From Lepidodermella squamata (taxonomy: Eukaryota; Animalia; Gastrotricha), in the NCBI GenBank assembly GCA_047495785.1, contig JBLDXI010000021.1:868001-932000 (forward strand): a stretch of 64,000 nucleotides of DNA, written 5' to 3'. Position 1 is the stretch's first letter. Each line of letters begins with the position of its first letter. The notes beneath the pieces are model-generated. The model saw only the letters and a program-made list of their open reading frames with translations. It was not told where the DNA came from and made no database searches. The translations under genes were made by a program, and so were the position numbers. Below are positions 36,112 to 50,072 of this stretch, piece after piece.

Positions 36112-36584
36112 CGCTAAAAGACCCCATAAATAATTGGGACGGTCAACTTTCGGCAATTAGTGGGTAATATTACTCTGCGTTATGTTACTCATCTGCTAAC
36201 TTCATCTATTTATAAATGTAAACAATGGAGAAAATGGTTCCAAAATGATTTTTTTCCTCCATGCTTTAAACATTCATGCGAAATTTTTCAAGTTCTTTGT
36301 GGGCTTTGTGGGAGTTTTCATGGGACAATTTGGCTGTTACATTTGGGGGTCACAGAAGCTGCAGGAAACATTCCCAACAAGTTTTACCGTTTCAATACTT
36401 TTTGGTTTTTGCGTTTTTTGCACGTGGTACATGTTTTAAAAAATCAATGGCTTAGGTAAAAGAACTTTCCAGAAATCGCCGGTATAAGAATAATCACAAG
36501 CTATTTATTTTCGATCATATTCAACAACTTCAAGGATTCATAGTCTATATCGCGAAAAATATTTTATCCAGTTCTATTTTCTAT

Positions 36585-37545
36585 TTAGTCATCATGATGC
36601 ACAACATTGGTATTCGGCTTCCGATAGATACGCTCAGGTCGCCCAGCATCGTGCGCGACTGCTCGAGCAGCCGTAAATAGAAAATCGCTCAATCGATTCA
36701 TATACTTGTAAACTGATTCGCTCAGATTTTGTTCGAGCAAAGGCACCATTCTGAAATGCACCAAATGAGAAAGCATGCAGCATAATATGGTTTCATCTAC
36801 CTTCTCTCCGCTCTTCGACAAACTGATCGAGCAACATGCAACGCGCTCGAGGTCTGGCTGCCGCCCTAGTTGAAATCAATAGAAAGTAAAGAATGGCTTT
36901 ATCTAGATAAATTTTCTTTAGCTTACAGGAATAATAAAATTTCTCAATTCTGGAAGACGAGCAGTATATTCATCGATCCAAAGTTCCAATTCGTCGACTA
37001 GAGCGGGATTAAACTGTACCTTTGCTAATATAATGGCGTCATAATATCTTCAAGGCAAAGTAAAAATTCACCAATCATGCGCTCTTTAGCTTGAGCACTA
37101 GGAACTGTGGCGACGTGAGATCCAATATCTTGGATACAGCATTGTATTTTTTCCAACCGCGAGGAAAACAATTCGCGATCACCAATAACGGAACCTTTTT
37201 GTGATTGATGCGTTTCGGAGAACATGTCTGCAGCCAATCTAGCACCACGGGAAAGATTGAAATTAACATGATCCAGCTTTTTCCGGGAAGAGCTTACCCC
37301 ATGTGAGCAGTCAACTCGTCTAAAGTACCCAGTGCCTCGAAAACGCAGTCATCTTTAGATCGCCGCTCGCCTGTGAACATGGCAGATGTGCCTTGGTCGC
37401 CAGTTTTCGTGTAGATTTTCATCGATGTGAGCTTAGAAAGTGAAAGTTGTCTACGAACATGGGTAACAGGCACTACTGCTCGAGTTAAAATTGTGCGAGT
37501 AGCAAAGCGAAGAAGATTACGGGCTGGCAGAGGTAGCATTTTCAT
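36585..37545 (-). CDS. MMAB: Cob(I)alamin adenosyltransferase, mitochondrial (4 exons)
   Basis: [50 protein letters not shown]. Confidence 0.96.
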
Positions 37546-37704
37546 AAATAATTGTCCTGAATAATCACGAAATAATATCAGCCGCAAGCCGAGCGAATTA
37601 CAGGACTTATGGCGAACGAAGTCAAGGTATATCATAATTTATTCACTACGCGTATTTCCAAAAAAATCAAGCAATCGACAAAGATTCAGCAAAATACAGT
37701 CGAT

Positions 37705-38346
37705 TTATGTTTGAGCCAAATGTACTTGAAATTTACAAGAGGGCGGCGACAATACTTCAGCTGTTACTAGAGTACATGGCAATCCAAGGCCAATAAGGGC
37801 GCCTCTAAGCAAACCACATGGAAACGCCAAATACTGAAGATAAAATGAAATTATGATTATCCAATTGAATCACAAAGCTCAAACCTTGTCGGCATTCTTT
37901 TGAAAATCCGCATTCATTGACAATGGCATTAACGGGCGAAATTTGTTATCCCACATGAAATACGTCCCCTACGATTACTAGAAAGTAAAACATGTCCTCA
38001 AACGATTTTCCAAAAGCACCTGTTGGTTTGTTTTAAGATTGTCGACAGGTTTGCGATATAGTGACTGCCACAAATCCTTACAGATGAATTTCATCACATC
38101 CAACTCATCAGTAAAGCGTGGATAGTCTCGTGAGAACCTAAATTAAAAAATTAATCATCGTATAACCAATAAAAACAAAATCACTACAACATACGCCTCA
38201 ATCAGCTTCAGGCCAGTAGTACAGCCTAATGATTCAAGTTTCTTCAAAATTGCTTCATCAGTGTCTGAGGGGCTACGGAATTCATGAATCGTAGCAATCA
38301 TCTCAGCATGGAAGAGATCAAATAAGACTTCATCGGTTAACGCCAT
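37705..38346 (-). CDS. TRAPPC6: TRAPP complex subunit 6 (4 exons)
   Basis: LFDLFHAEM, LESLG...G, DVMKFICKDLW, DNLKTN, FPCGLLRGAL, CKFQV. Confidence 0.93.
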
Positions 38347-38620
38347 CTCACTCCTGAAAAATGCGATAGCAACAAAATACAAGCCTGAAGCTTAGAACAC
38401 GACTTTCGGACTTTTTGAAAAAAATACCGCCAAAACAAATAAATAATTTTTTACTATATCTTCAATCATTTCAAATATGATTTTTGAAAATACTATGCTG
38501 CTTTTTGCATAATAACCTACTTTGATTTTATGGTGGTCGTTTGAAAGAAATCGGTTGAACCGCGTAATCCGCTGTTCCCTTTCGATGATGTGGCATAGCG
38601 TTGACCCTTAGATTGTCAGG

Positions 38621-38656
38621 CAAGTGGCAAGTGGCAAGTGGCAAGTAGCAAGTTAG
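38621..38656. repeat. Heptamer tandem repeat (CAAGTGG)n in the divergent TRAPPC6/SYVN1 promoter region
   Basis: caagtgg caagtgg caagtgg caagtag caagtta. Confidence 0.9.
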
Positions 38657-38819
38657 AAGGCAAAGGATTGACGCAAACCCTCAAATCACAAATATATGGG
38701 AGATTGATGATGATGGCTTGCTGTGTTCTCTGAATTTTATCGGAAGCTTCTCGCTTTTTCTTGTTAAACTGAAACAAAACTTCCGTCTAACTTTGAATGT
38801 AGGTGTTTTCATAATAAAA

Positions 38820-40548
38820 ATGATGAAATTATGGCAGGTCTGCACGCTCTCGTCTTTGCTGACGATAGCTGTTGTAGCCAATGCTTTCCACCAAAAGAAA
38901 CATTTCTACACCTCCGTTGTATACCTGACAAAGTCTAGCTCGAGTTTGGGGGTAAGATGGCGAATCAGCAAAATTCATTTTCTAAAATTATCTTTCCTCA
39001 GGTTCTGTACGTTCAAGCATTCGTGTTTATCTGGATACTTGCCAAGATTGCCCAGAAGTTATTCTTTGGCCCTCTGCGAGTAACAGAAGTCGAGGTACTT
39101 ATTCTATTTTTTCCAACTTATATTCTCTGTTTACTATCTTATGATTTCAGCATCTTTTTGAGCGCTCGTGGTACGCTGTTACAGAGACATGCTTGGCATT
39201 CACGGTGTTCCGAGATGACTTCAGCCCCATATTTGTCGCGCAATTCACGTTCCTGCTGTTTTTCAAATGTTTTCATTGGCTTGCTGAAGATCGTGTTGAT
39301 ATGATGGAAAGAAGTCCTGTTGTTTCTAATGTGTTTCATTTCCGTATTCTGTCGTTATTGGGAATGCTAACCTGTGTGGACGTTTGGTGTATTAAAGCTG
39401 GTATTCAGACTACACTAGCTCGCGGGGCCTCGGCTCAATTGGTTTTCGCGTTCGAGTATGCGATACTTCTTACTACTATTCTCAACGTCGCTGTAAAATA
39501 CGTTCTTCATTCAATGGATTTGCGCCGCGCTCTGCCCTGGGACCGGAAAGCAGTTATTCTTCTGTACGCTGAACTGGTCGTCAGTTTCATTCGGCTGCTT
39601 CTATACACCGCCTTCATGTCACTGATGCTTGCAATGAAGATATTTGCTCTTTTCGCTATTCGCCCGACGTATTTGGCAGTGCGAGCTTTCGTTAAAGCTA
39701 CTTCGGATGTTATTCGATCTCGCATCGCTGTTCGTAACCTTAACAACTTGTTCCAAGATGCAACAGCCACCGAATTGCGAACAGTTACCGATACGGTGTG
39801 TATCATTTGCCGAGAGGATATGATGCGTGTTGCAGATGATGGAAATACTTTGACCGCGCCTTGCAAGCGCCTGCCTTGCTCGCATATTTTTCATGCCGGC
39901 TGTCTTCGATCGTGGTTTCAGCGTCAACAGACATGTCCGACCTGTCGATGCGATGTCGTTAACGTGCGAGTCCCGGCTCAGGGCGCAGGTGCTGCTCAGG
40001 CTGCTGCTAATGCTAGGCAAAACGCTGCCCAGCCGGCTGCTGCTAATATTGCCCAAAATCTCGCGGGCGGTCCTGTGCCGCCTATTCCTGGCTTCCCTGC
40101 CCCAATTCAATTGCCGAGGGCTCCAGCTGCTGGCGCTGGTACCACACCGCCTCAACCTGCTGCCATGCCTTTCGCAATGCCTGGTTTTGAGCATTTCGCG
40201 GCGTTTTTGCCTGGACTTGGCATGCCGATGCCCCCTCCGCCCCCGCCCTTCCCACTGTTGGCCGGTGGAGTCGCTGCGCTAGCTCCAATGGTTCCTCAAT
40301 CTATAACAATACCGCCGAATGAAACGCCAGCCCAACGCGAAGCCCGACTTACTGCTGAATTACAGGCTCGCGTTGAATGTCTAGAGTCGGTGAAAACTTT
40401 ACTAGATGCTGCTGTTATGCAGCTTCAAAATTATCTGGCCTTGTCTGCCACAGCCGGTGCCCAGTTGAATGCCAATATTCAGAGCGGTTCTGCGACCACC
40501 ACTTCTAATCAGTCTGTTCCGACCGGCCTAGGCGACAACAAACAATAG
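38820..40548 (+). CDS. SYVN1: ERAD E3 ligase HRD1/synoviolin (3 exons)
   Basis: VVYLTKS, FFGPLR, AFTVFRDDF, KCFHWLAEDRVD, RING-H2 CIICRE...LPCSHIFH..CLRSWFQRQQTCPTCR, Pro-rich tail. Confidence 0.97.
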
Positions 40549-40946
40549 GCACGCAAAAATCTTGAAAACTATTTTGTGATAGATCACCGCGAGGCAAGTC
40601 ACCTATGAAAAGTATCGCACTTCTGGTTGTTGCTCCTTGGTAACTCTCAAGTCGGTGAAGCTGATTGTAAAACATTCTCTCTACATCTACTTAATGTTAC
40701 TTGAAAGTGGCCGACGTAATATTATTGTCTTTATTTGCTGACTATGTAATAATATTTATCGCCTTCATTATTTGGGTCGTTGGTAAAACTCGTTGCAATC
40801 AGATGAATTTTCTCATTTAAAACGTATGTTATATATCGTATCTTTTTATGCTGCGTATCAACAACGTAAAATAATTTGCTCTGAACTGAATTTTACTTGC
40901 TATTTTTTAGAATTGTTTTGAGACGTGTGGTTAATGGTAATGCTTG

Positions 40947-43183
40947 ATGGTAGAGTGGGTTTCTACCGGTCATGTCCTCCTCCTGGTATTCCTGCTGTTA
41001 GTGGTGCCGAGTGACGGTACACGAATCAGAGGGCAATGGAGACCGACGCTGCCGTCTCAGTTCTTTCATTTCGTGGCGAGATTCGCCACGGAAGGTCGCT
41101 CTCGTGAACTCGGTGTCGAACCGTTGGTTGGAAATGCTTTCGGCAACATCACGCTGTCATTTATCGGCCAACCGACCCTCGCTCGAAGCCGACGAGACGT
41201 CTCAAATACAACGTTTGGATTCTCATCCACCTTATCGAGCAATGCTTCATCGACAGCGACTGCTAACGTGACTGAAATTCCGGTGTTGGTAGGAAATTCA
41301 ACGACATTTACGACTACGTCTATAATAGTAACGACAACTCTGCCGACAACTACGACAACGCCGAGTCCACTGGCATCTCTCAACTTCAGGCTGTTGCTTC
41401 TAGATCATGATTTTTTCAATGACGTAAGTTGCGGATGATACCAATTGCCGAATTCTCATGATAGTGCAATACAGGTTTACACGAATCGAACCTTTCCGCA
41501 CCAAATGGCCTGCAAACGAATGCTGTCTCGGATCAGCAAACTGGCTTATGATGCGAAATGCAACGATGCTGGTCGGCTTGATTTGTATCGCACCGTGCCG
41601 TGCCACAGCGGAAGTCTATGCGCAGAAGAAGACAACCCGGCCAGTGTCGTACCAGGCCACCAGTTCCAGTTCCGATTTCGGGACGCTCAGCCTCGCATGT
41701 GGTATATGGCCTTTGTCGCGTGCTACCGAGATACAGAGAAATGCGACTGGCGGCCTAGTTCAGTCGCGCCATCTCTTGGCGACGTTGTCATTGATTATGG
41801 TAAGATTCTAATCAAATCCACCTTAAGATTTATAAGAAATGATAATTATTAGATATTTGGCTGGTAAATGGAGACCCTCTGAATTTTCGACACCAGACCT
41901 CTGGGCTGTATTACTTGGCTCGTTACCAATTCAGTTATGAACTGCGTGACTTGCTGCTACTGCGACTTGCCGGCCTAGCCGCGTATTCGGTGCTATTCAC
42001 CCTGGTTATACTGATCGCATCGAAATCGACCCACGCCTTATGCCGGTTATTGATCGCGGCCTCGGGTTTCGATGCATTCGGTCTACTGGCGACAACGATT
42101 TCAACCCTAGCCTTCGGTGTCGACGGCGAGGGCGCGCCTGGGTTGATAATTTTCGGAGACCTATTGACGTCGACGGGGCAATCGTACCTTCTGCTGATTT
42201 TGATGTTTCTAGCCCGCGGCTGGACTGTCAGTTCTCGCGTTTTACGCCGGCCAGGTGCTTGCATTCTCGTGTGGATGTTCTACGTCGTGCTCAATCTAGC
42301 CTCAGTCGGCTGGCTACATTCCTCAGCCGTGTCTTTGCCAGTCATCAGCGCCGGGACTATGGCCCCAGAATGGACTACACCACCCGGCTTCAGCATCATC
42401 GCCCTACGCCTTTGCGCTTTAGGCTTCTACGCGCTTCAACTGCGCGAAACTGTGCTGGAAGAGCAATCCGCTGCTCAACTGCACTTCTACCACCGTTTCG
42501 CAGCTGCATCATTGGTGTGGTTTGTATCGTGGCCGGTTATTGTCGCAATCGCAAATTGCGGCATCATCTCCCCGCTTGATAGGCAACGAACCTTGGTTGC
42601 GTTTTCGGTGACAATCGACGCTGTTGCATTGAGTACTCTACTTCATATTTTCCGGAAATCGCTCAATGTTCCGCCGCATAAAGTCCCTATATTGAACCTG
42701 GCAACAGCTCCGCCTTCAACCAGTGGCTCGGCGTCGAAACGGCCTCATATAACTAACACCAGTAGCACGGCGATGATCGGTCTGCAAACTATATATTTTT
42801 CAATTCTTGGTGTCGGTTATTACGTTATCGATAAATTCCGTACTCTCTTCCCGTCATCGAACCCGCAAGACTACTCGCCTTTAGCGAATGCTGATGAAGG
42901 CATGGTCATGACTGAAGTCAGGCGAAGTCGCAGCAGTCGACCGCGTACAACTCCCACTGGCGTAGTCCCTCTGCTGACTGTAACGCCGCTTGGGGCGAAA
43001 GATGGGCAGGACGAATCGCCGAAATCTTCTTCGCCAGACTGGTTTGAAGTCGAGTTGTTTTCTGCTTCGGTCAATTCAAACCTGTCTGACGTCTCGAGTA
43101 GTAACCCGAAGAAACCGAGCAGCACTGGTAGCAACGAGGTGCAGGCGGACCCTGGAGCATCTTCTCAAAACCGCATTGTTTGA
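40947..43183 (+). CDS. TMEM145/GPR180-like GOLD-domain 7TM protein (3 exons)
   Basis: Signal peptide, FVARF, PC..G.LC.EED...VVPG.QF, QPRMWY..FVAC, DY|DIWLVNG, QFSYE, LARGWTV and 7 hydrophobic segments. Confidence 0.85.
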
Positions 43184-44174
43184 GCTTTCCCTTTTTAATG
43201 TTATTATTATTATTAATTCTACGTTTTCCGAGCGCGACCTGCAATATTATTAAAGCGGTATCATTGTGCTTGAAGTTTGATTGATGACATTCGATTTGCT
43301 GGATGAAGTTATAATAATAGGTGATAAAGGTTTATTTGGTTGCTTTTGATACACACAAAAAGTTAATAAAATGCGAACAATGAAAGTAACATCGTTTTTT
43401 CTTCGACTCGTTGCGCCACTATGCATAACTTGGAGCATTCAATTGGTTTGAAAGCAGGTTCCCGTTTGGCCGTCTGACGGCGTGGTTTGTATGTCGCATG
43501 TCGCTGAAATATTCTAGAAAATCACAAGTTTCCCAGTATTTTACCCAACTTGGATTTTTGATAACCAAAGTCACCCCATTTCACGTCTCAATCAAGGAAC
43601 CTTTACCAGCCTCGATTTGCATTCTACCCGATGTTGAGAGTTCAAGTGTGAACCTCGCTGCTTCCCAATTTTTAGGCAGCAGTTCACATTTAAATTGATT
43701 TTAAGTATTGCCTAGCTTCTGCATTTTCAAACAGCAGACTCATCTTGCAGTGCTGCTCAGCCGGAAAAAAGATACCCCATAAATGCATATAATTCGAAGT
43801 TTATTAGAAAAAATCAAGGTTGAAACAGAAAAATGATTTCGAGTACTCCAATCTTTGTATAATATTGAAATTATTAGTTAAACGTGCTCAAATCAATCAG
43901 CGCGAGAATGTGCATTTGCATATTATAATATATAACCTACAAAATACCAAATTTGACGCGGCAATAAAACACACACAACACTAGAAGATGAAATCAATCA
44001 GGATACAATATTTGTGGGTTAAAATTTGACTGTATGGTTCAGGCTGCAAAAAACTTGGAATTCGGCAACAACGATACTGTTCCACGGCGTGAGGTATAAG
44101 GTAAAATTTCAGAGAATCACACGTGCATTTTGGGGCATACAAATTATCAGATCACTTTCTCACAACATTCAGTA

Positions 44175-46765
44175 TCATCTGGTTTCAACGTTACTGTCGC
44201 TAGTGCTTGGCTGCGGCACAGGGCAAGACGTTTCAATTGAGCTGCTAATCAAAGATGGCGAAGCGAGACCGGTTTCGCCAGTTTCCGCCGGAACACTGGT
44301 TGAGCTATTATCCTTGGCTGATTGGGCCCGCGAACTCGGCTGCCCTAACCTTAGAAAAGACGCTGGTTCCAAGCTACCAGCCGCCCCAGCTGCGTCATTC
44401 GCATAGCCAGCGATGAGCGACCGAACCAAAGCGGACGATGAGTCATTATTCGGCTCATTGGTCAAGAGATCACTGGAAATATCGTTACTATACAATAAAT
44501 CCGCCATCAGTTGATGAAGCGGTATGGAATCGACAGCGGTAGCATTCGCGTTCGCGGACGATAGATGACTTCTGTGGGACCTGCTGCTATTTCGAGATTT
44601 CGCCCCGACTCCACCACGAACGCGACCGGGGGATTTTTGCCGGCTATTCATTGCACTGTCAAATGCAGCGTTGATGAACGCCACTTTTTGCCGATAATCC
44701 TCTGAACTCGCGCCAACGGCAGGACTATTGAGATTCGGCCAGTTGAGGAAATTCGGCGAGGTCGAGGAAGTGTTATGGACGGTTTCATCAACACCCAAAG
44801 CCTCCACGTCGTTTTCATCCTTCAATGATGAAATCCAAGCCGCTGAAGCTGCGAAAGGCAGTAAACCTGTGAAACTCGTATCCGTCGACCCATTTTCACT
44901 GGTAGGTAAAGGCCTGGGCGGGGTTAGGCCAGGAAGTCCATACAGCGAAGCAAAATCGGTCCCACCCACGGCGCCCTGTAAAGTCGGCGTCGTTGCGACA
45001 CGGCTTTCGTTCGAATTCGCAGCAATTTGACGCGAAATAGAACTCCTTACAGCGGCATCGTCGTCATCACTGGAATCGCTGTCTGACCCTGAATCACCGT
45101 TCGAATCCGATTCAGTCGCGGATTCTCCTCCGGCTGAGACTTTCACCTTCGCTTTGGTAGGCCGTCTAGCCGGAGTTATCGCAGCAGATTGGGGCGAAGA
45201 AGGTGGGACGTTCATCACAGGTGCGGAGTTGCCGCTGCTAATATTGCTACTAGCAGCAACTGAAGATAAATTATGAGCATGCAGATGTTCGAAAACCAGC
45301 TTCTCCGGCACGCCATTATCACGATGCTGCTGACTCGCGTGCTCCAGCTCTCGAATATACCAAGCTTGATCCCGGCATTTTTGCTGATAAGTTGGGGCTC
45401 TGACGTAAAAATTCAGGCCAAGTGTATCAGTTTTCGTATCTAGATAACCATCCGGAGCTAGGAGGTCGAGTCGGAAAAACCGGTTGTAGCCCCAGCATTC
45501 GCCTACTTCAAAGTCGCTGCTGAACTCACGAACAACGTTACGAGACGAATCGCTAGAGGCTTGATGAATCAATTCGACTCGATATTCATATTTACTAGGT
45601 TCAGGGTAACCGGCAGATAACTCGAGAAAAACTGACAGATAAGTCCCGCGAACTACCCCGTTTCCATCCGGGTAGACCTTCAGCCGCCACGTGAGGCCGT
45701 TAACGCGCAACGGGGCAGAATAAACAGGGTCAGCCCGTTGCTGGCAAACCGAAAATTGGCGTAATATGAAAGTCGCGGTGTCGTAAGCAGGGACAAGTTC
45801 ACTAGAGAAATCAGCAGCAACTGGGCAGCTGACAAAGGCGGCCATAGGTTTAGCGAGAGCTTGCTGGCATCTTCTCACTACTTCAGTGCTTCTGCCGATA
45901 AGTTCGTTCATCGACATTTTCACAATAGCATTCTCAGATAAATCAAGAAGAACTTCTAGCTGGTCGTATTCTTCCAGTAGTTTCGACTTTTGACCCATAA
46001 GGGTGTAAAGTTTTGTGCGGAGTTGCGCGTCCAACCGGGCTACCATATGCTCCACCGCATTTCTTATCTCCCGGACGCGCTCCTCCTTGGCACTGCGCAC
46101 ACCTTGAATATTGCGATCCAGCTCCTCGACATGAGCCATTAATTCATCAGCACGTCTTCGCAATTTTACTGCCTCGTCGCGTACCTGAACCAAATGCTCC
46201 TGGTAAACTGTCTCTAACGGGCGAAAAGCGTGTTGAGCATGTGTCCCAAACAAGGCACATTGAGAGCAAACAGGTCTACTGCAGGTTTGACAATAGACGT
46301 CCACTTGCTGTGAAAACACAGTTTTAGAGAGGAACTTTATGAAATATCATAAAAATTACCTTTTCGGGGTGGCTCTCGCAGACGTCTTTTCTGCGTCCTA
46401 AAAGAGCAGTCCCTTTGGCTTTGACTACAAGCAAAGTAGCTAGTTGCTCTGTTACTTCTTCCACCCAGCGACAGTTGACAAATTCCACAATGGCTACCGG
46501 AGCGCGACAGTGAGGGCAGAATTGCGACCGTTGCTCGCAGAGCCATCGTCGAATACACTCGTAGCAGCACATCTTTGAGCAATGAGGACAAAGTCTGGCA
46601 TCTGAATATAAAACAAATTTCAGTCTGATTTCAGAAAAACTGAATCAATTTTTCACCTTTGAGAGGTTCCATGCATATGTAACATCTGAACATCCAAGAC
46701 AAGGCTTCCACGCTAGACGCGTCCTCACCAGGCGACGGTGGAGTTGCCTCTTCCGTAGGATTCAT
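44175..46765 (-). CDS. TRIM37: E3 ubiquitin ligase TRIM37 (RING, B-box, coiled coil, MATH; 3 exons)
   Basis: FRCYICME..|[71 protein letters not shown]. Confidence 0.97.
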
Positions 46766-47779
46766 TGTTCACTACAGCTGAGAATCTAATTCATGTAACA
46801 GCTCTACATTGAAGGATTGAGGAGAAATATAATCAAATGTGATGACCAGCTAAACGAAAGATGCCGTGATTTCCCAAAAAACAATTGCATAACAGATAAA
46901 GCAACATTTCTCTCCTAATTATCTCACTTGAACAGCATTTTCCAGGGTGGATGGGATCGAAACTGAACTGAGAGTTAAGTGCCAGTTAGCAGCCGGTCGC
47001 ACGCGAATTTTCTTACCTATACTCATAGCAGCTGCAGTTATAACTGTTAACTCGCAGTCGGGTTAGCTCAGGATTACAGCCACCTGTCACCTAATAGGTC
47101 TAGAGATGGGGCCATAGTAGTGCAAAGTTTCCATGTTCTTCGCGTAAAAAAAGAAGAGAAACATGAATGAATCAAAGCGCTTACTTTAAAGACTTATTTT
47201 ACTAGGGTAATAGTAAGTAGTAAGAATGTCCATCTTCATTTACCAGTTTGGTCCATGGTTTTAAAGAACACTATTCTACGTTCTACGATTCCACGAAATC
47301 CGAACACCTTTAACGAGAGCATGTATGATGTATGTATGTATATGCGTGGGATTCACACTTGGGCGATCTTCAGAAACACTAGATTTCGCTTTTCGTGATC
47401 CGTTTTCAACACTTCCAAAACCCTTCGAACATCCAGAACGCACTTTTTCAAACCTTCCAACTTTGTTTATAATTTTTTTATGACATTTAATAATGCATGT
47501 GTAAGTATAATGATCCAAACTTTGTTTACAAATTTTAAATTTAATTAAAAATTTATAAAAATTAAGCGTCCCTAGTTGCAGCTTGCGGTCCATGCGATGC
47601 CAGATGAATGTCTCTGAATGCCTCCTCACGGACTCATGGAAGTTTAAAAGTTCAATTTGTATATTAATCGCGATTGCTTTGTCATGTGAATATCATCTTT
47701 ATCTTTATCCATTTCCCAGTCTGAGATGATTTTTATGCAAATTATTTAGGATGTCTTAAGCGTTCATATCTGTCTCGCC

Positions 47780-48685
47780 ATGGTCAGTGCATCGAATGAA
47801 GTACTTTTTGAGAAAGTAGGCGTAGCTCAAGCGCCAAGCAAGGACTATGGGCAATTGGTCATAACGAAATCTGATATAACGTTTAGGATGTGGCGTATAA
47901 CGCCCCGATCAGCAGACGCCATGAAACTGCGCCCAAAGCAATTCACTAACAGCTACGTTGATTTCCTGCACGATGAGAACTGTCATCGTGAAATTTACCG
48001 ATTTTTCGGCCCTCAAGTATTGGAAGAGGCCAAGAACTTTGCTATTGGGGGGAACGGCTTACTACGGCTTCCTGCGAAGGCTCTTGCTAGGGTTGCAGTC
48101 CACCTGAGTTTGCTTGATATCAAGCGACTCGGCAGGGTATGCCGTTCATTGAATGAGTTTTGCAATAGTGACACTCTATGGCACGCTTTGTTTGTTCGCT
48201 ATTATTCATCTTACCCAGTAATTCCAGACGCATTGGTTAAAGTCGCTGGGAAGCAAGGATGGAAGCGAGTTTTTTTCACGAATAAGTTGCAGCTTCAAGT
48301 TCAGCTAAGAAAAGAGCTTCGATTCATGGATTCCAGCCGCTCATCAAATAATTTCTCAGAAGCTGCCGGTAGCGAAGACAGCGGAAAAGTCTCTGCTTAT
48401 GACAGTAGTCCGAAACCTGGAAATGAGTTGGTAGGTACACCTAGCGAAGAAGGACATTCCGCATTTACTACTCAAATGGCTGCCAAAGAACTCAACGAAG
48501 ACACTGAAGAGCAGGGGCTTGATGACAGCGGGCCTCGTTTGAATTATCATAGTGCCATGATTGGCTCGATTGGCAATGGGCGATGGTCAACTACTCCGGC
48601 GGAGGTCGGAGATGAATTTCAGCGGGATTTGGTTAACGTAGTTCGCCCTTCAAGTACTCCAGCTGCCAACAGTTCGAGCTCATGA
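47780..48685 (+). CDS. FBXO36: F-box only protein 36
   Basis: AQAPSKDYGQLVIT...FRMWRI.PR, F-box LLRLP...CNSDTLW, GWKRVFFTNKLQLQ. Confidence 0.85.
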   Translation: MVSASNEVLFEKVGVAQAPSKDYGQLVITKSDITFRMWRITPRSADAMKLRPKQFTNSYVDFLHDENCHREIYRFFGPQVLEEAKNFAIGGNGLLRLPAKALARVAVHLSLLDIKRLGRVCRSLNEFCNSDTLWHALFVRYYSSYPVIPDALVKVAGKQGWKRVFFTNKLQLQVQLRKELRFMDSSRSSNNFSEAAGSEDSGKVSAYDSSPKPGNELVGTPSEEGHSAFTTQMAAKELNEDTEEQGLDDSGPRLNYHSAMIGSIGNGRWSTTPAEVGDEFQRDLVNVVRPSSTPAANSSSS

Positions 48686-49035
48686 CATTCAAATGTGCCT
48701 TTTTCTTGCCAATAATACCGTCATGTATATGAAATATTTTCGCAATCGCCGTGTTTGAGTATTTATGATTGTTACATGTTTTAGTTGTTTTCCGTCGGCG
48801 TCTGCGATAATAGAAAGAACATTAACATTAACTCCGCCAAATTTATGCCTTCTACTCCATTAAATATATTCAAATAATTGTTTCCGTTTATTTTGAGAAT
48901 TTAGGGTTTATTATGGTAAGGTCATGGATTACACTTGATAAACAGATTATCAAAGGTAAGACATCAATTTATCTGCAAAAGCATTTAATTACAATTTTTC
49001 TATTCAAAGAGCAGGTTTTTTTCTGGCAATGAAAA

Positions 49036-50072
49036 ATGAGTAGTCGTCTGAGACCAGAAGAGAATCGTTTGAACGGAATAATAGGCAATGCCATTCCAAT
49101 AAATTTGGACGAGCATCATACAGTTGCCAGAACCCCAAAGCCTAAAGCTGCAACGGCAACGAAGGTAAAACCATCGAACAATCATCAAAGCAACAACAAT
49201 AATCAAGCAACTGCAACGTCCACTGTGTGTACGTGTGGCTTGAGTGAAAAATTGGCTAAATCTCAAGCAAGCGAGCGTGATTACCGAGTAAAGGTGGAAG
49301 CCGCGAGTCGCAATGTTGATGAATTGAAGCGAGAATTGGCGAAAACTCTCCATTTAAGCGAGGAATCTCAGCGAGAAGCCGAGACCAAGTGGAAGAGTCA
49401 AATTGAATCGCTTGAAACTCGACTGAAAAGTGAAACTCACGCCAAAGAAGAGATTGCGAAAAAGCATGCGAAGTGCAGCGAAAAGATTCACGAAGCAACC
49501 AGTGACCTGGACCAACTTCGAGCTCTACATTCAGAGGAGCTAGAAAATATGCGAAAGAAGTATGAAGAGGAGATTGCCGCTATTCGAAAAGATCGCGACG
49601 AGCAAGTCTCATTGCGCGAGGAGAAAATAATTAAACTGAAAACTCAAATAGCTGATAAACTAACTGGAAACTCAAGGTAATTGTTTCATAAAAATGAATG
49701 GATGAATTATTTGCTAATATCAACAGTGAGCGGCAGAAACAAATCGATGATCTTTTGAAAGAAATGAACAGGCTTCAGGAGGAACATGAAATTTTGAAAG
49801 CTAAGCTACGCGTTTACGGACATTCTAAAAATGTGAGTGCTTAGGTTTGCGGAAATTTTTTCAATAAGTATATGTTTTTCGAACAGGTTCATTCAATATG
49901 TGATAATTGCACAACATCAAATGCTCGAGTCAAGGTGCTTGAAGACCGATTGAAAGATCGCGAAGTCCTCGTCAATGAATTGAGAGGAATGTGCGACAAG
50001 TATGACAGGCAGCTGAAACAAAACGAGCAACTTGTTTCTATAACGTCTGAATTTAGAACGAAACGAAAATAA
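49036..50072 (+). CDS. Coiled-coil protein of unknown identity (exons 49036-49676, 49726-49832, 49888-50072)
   Basis: Long E/K-rich heptad ORFs joined in frame by short introns. Confidence 0.75.

Noticed and set aside
44343-44350. CCCTAACC telomere-template-like word
   Set aside because: Only 8 nt and antisense within the TRIM37 coding sequence; expected by chance.
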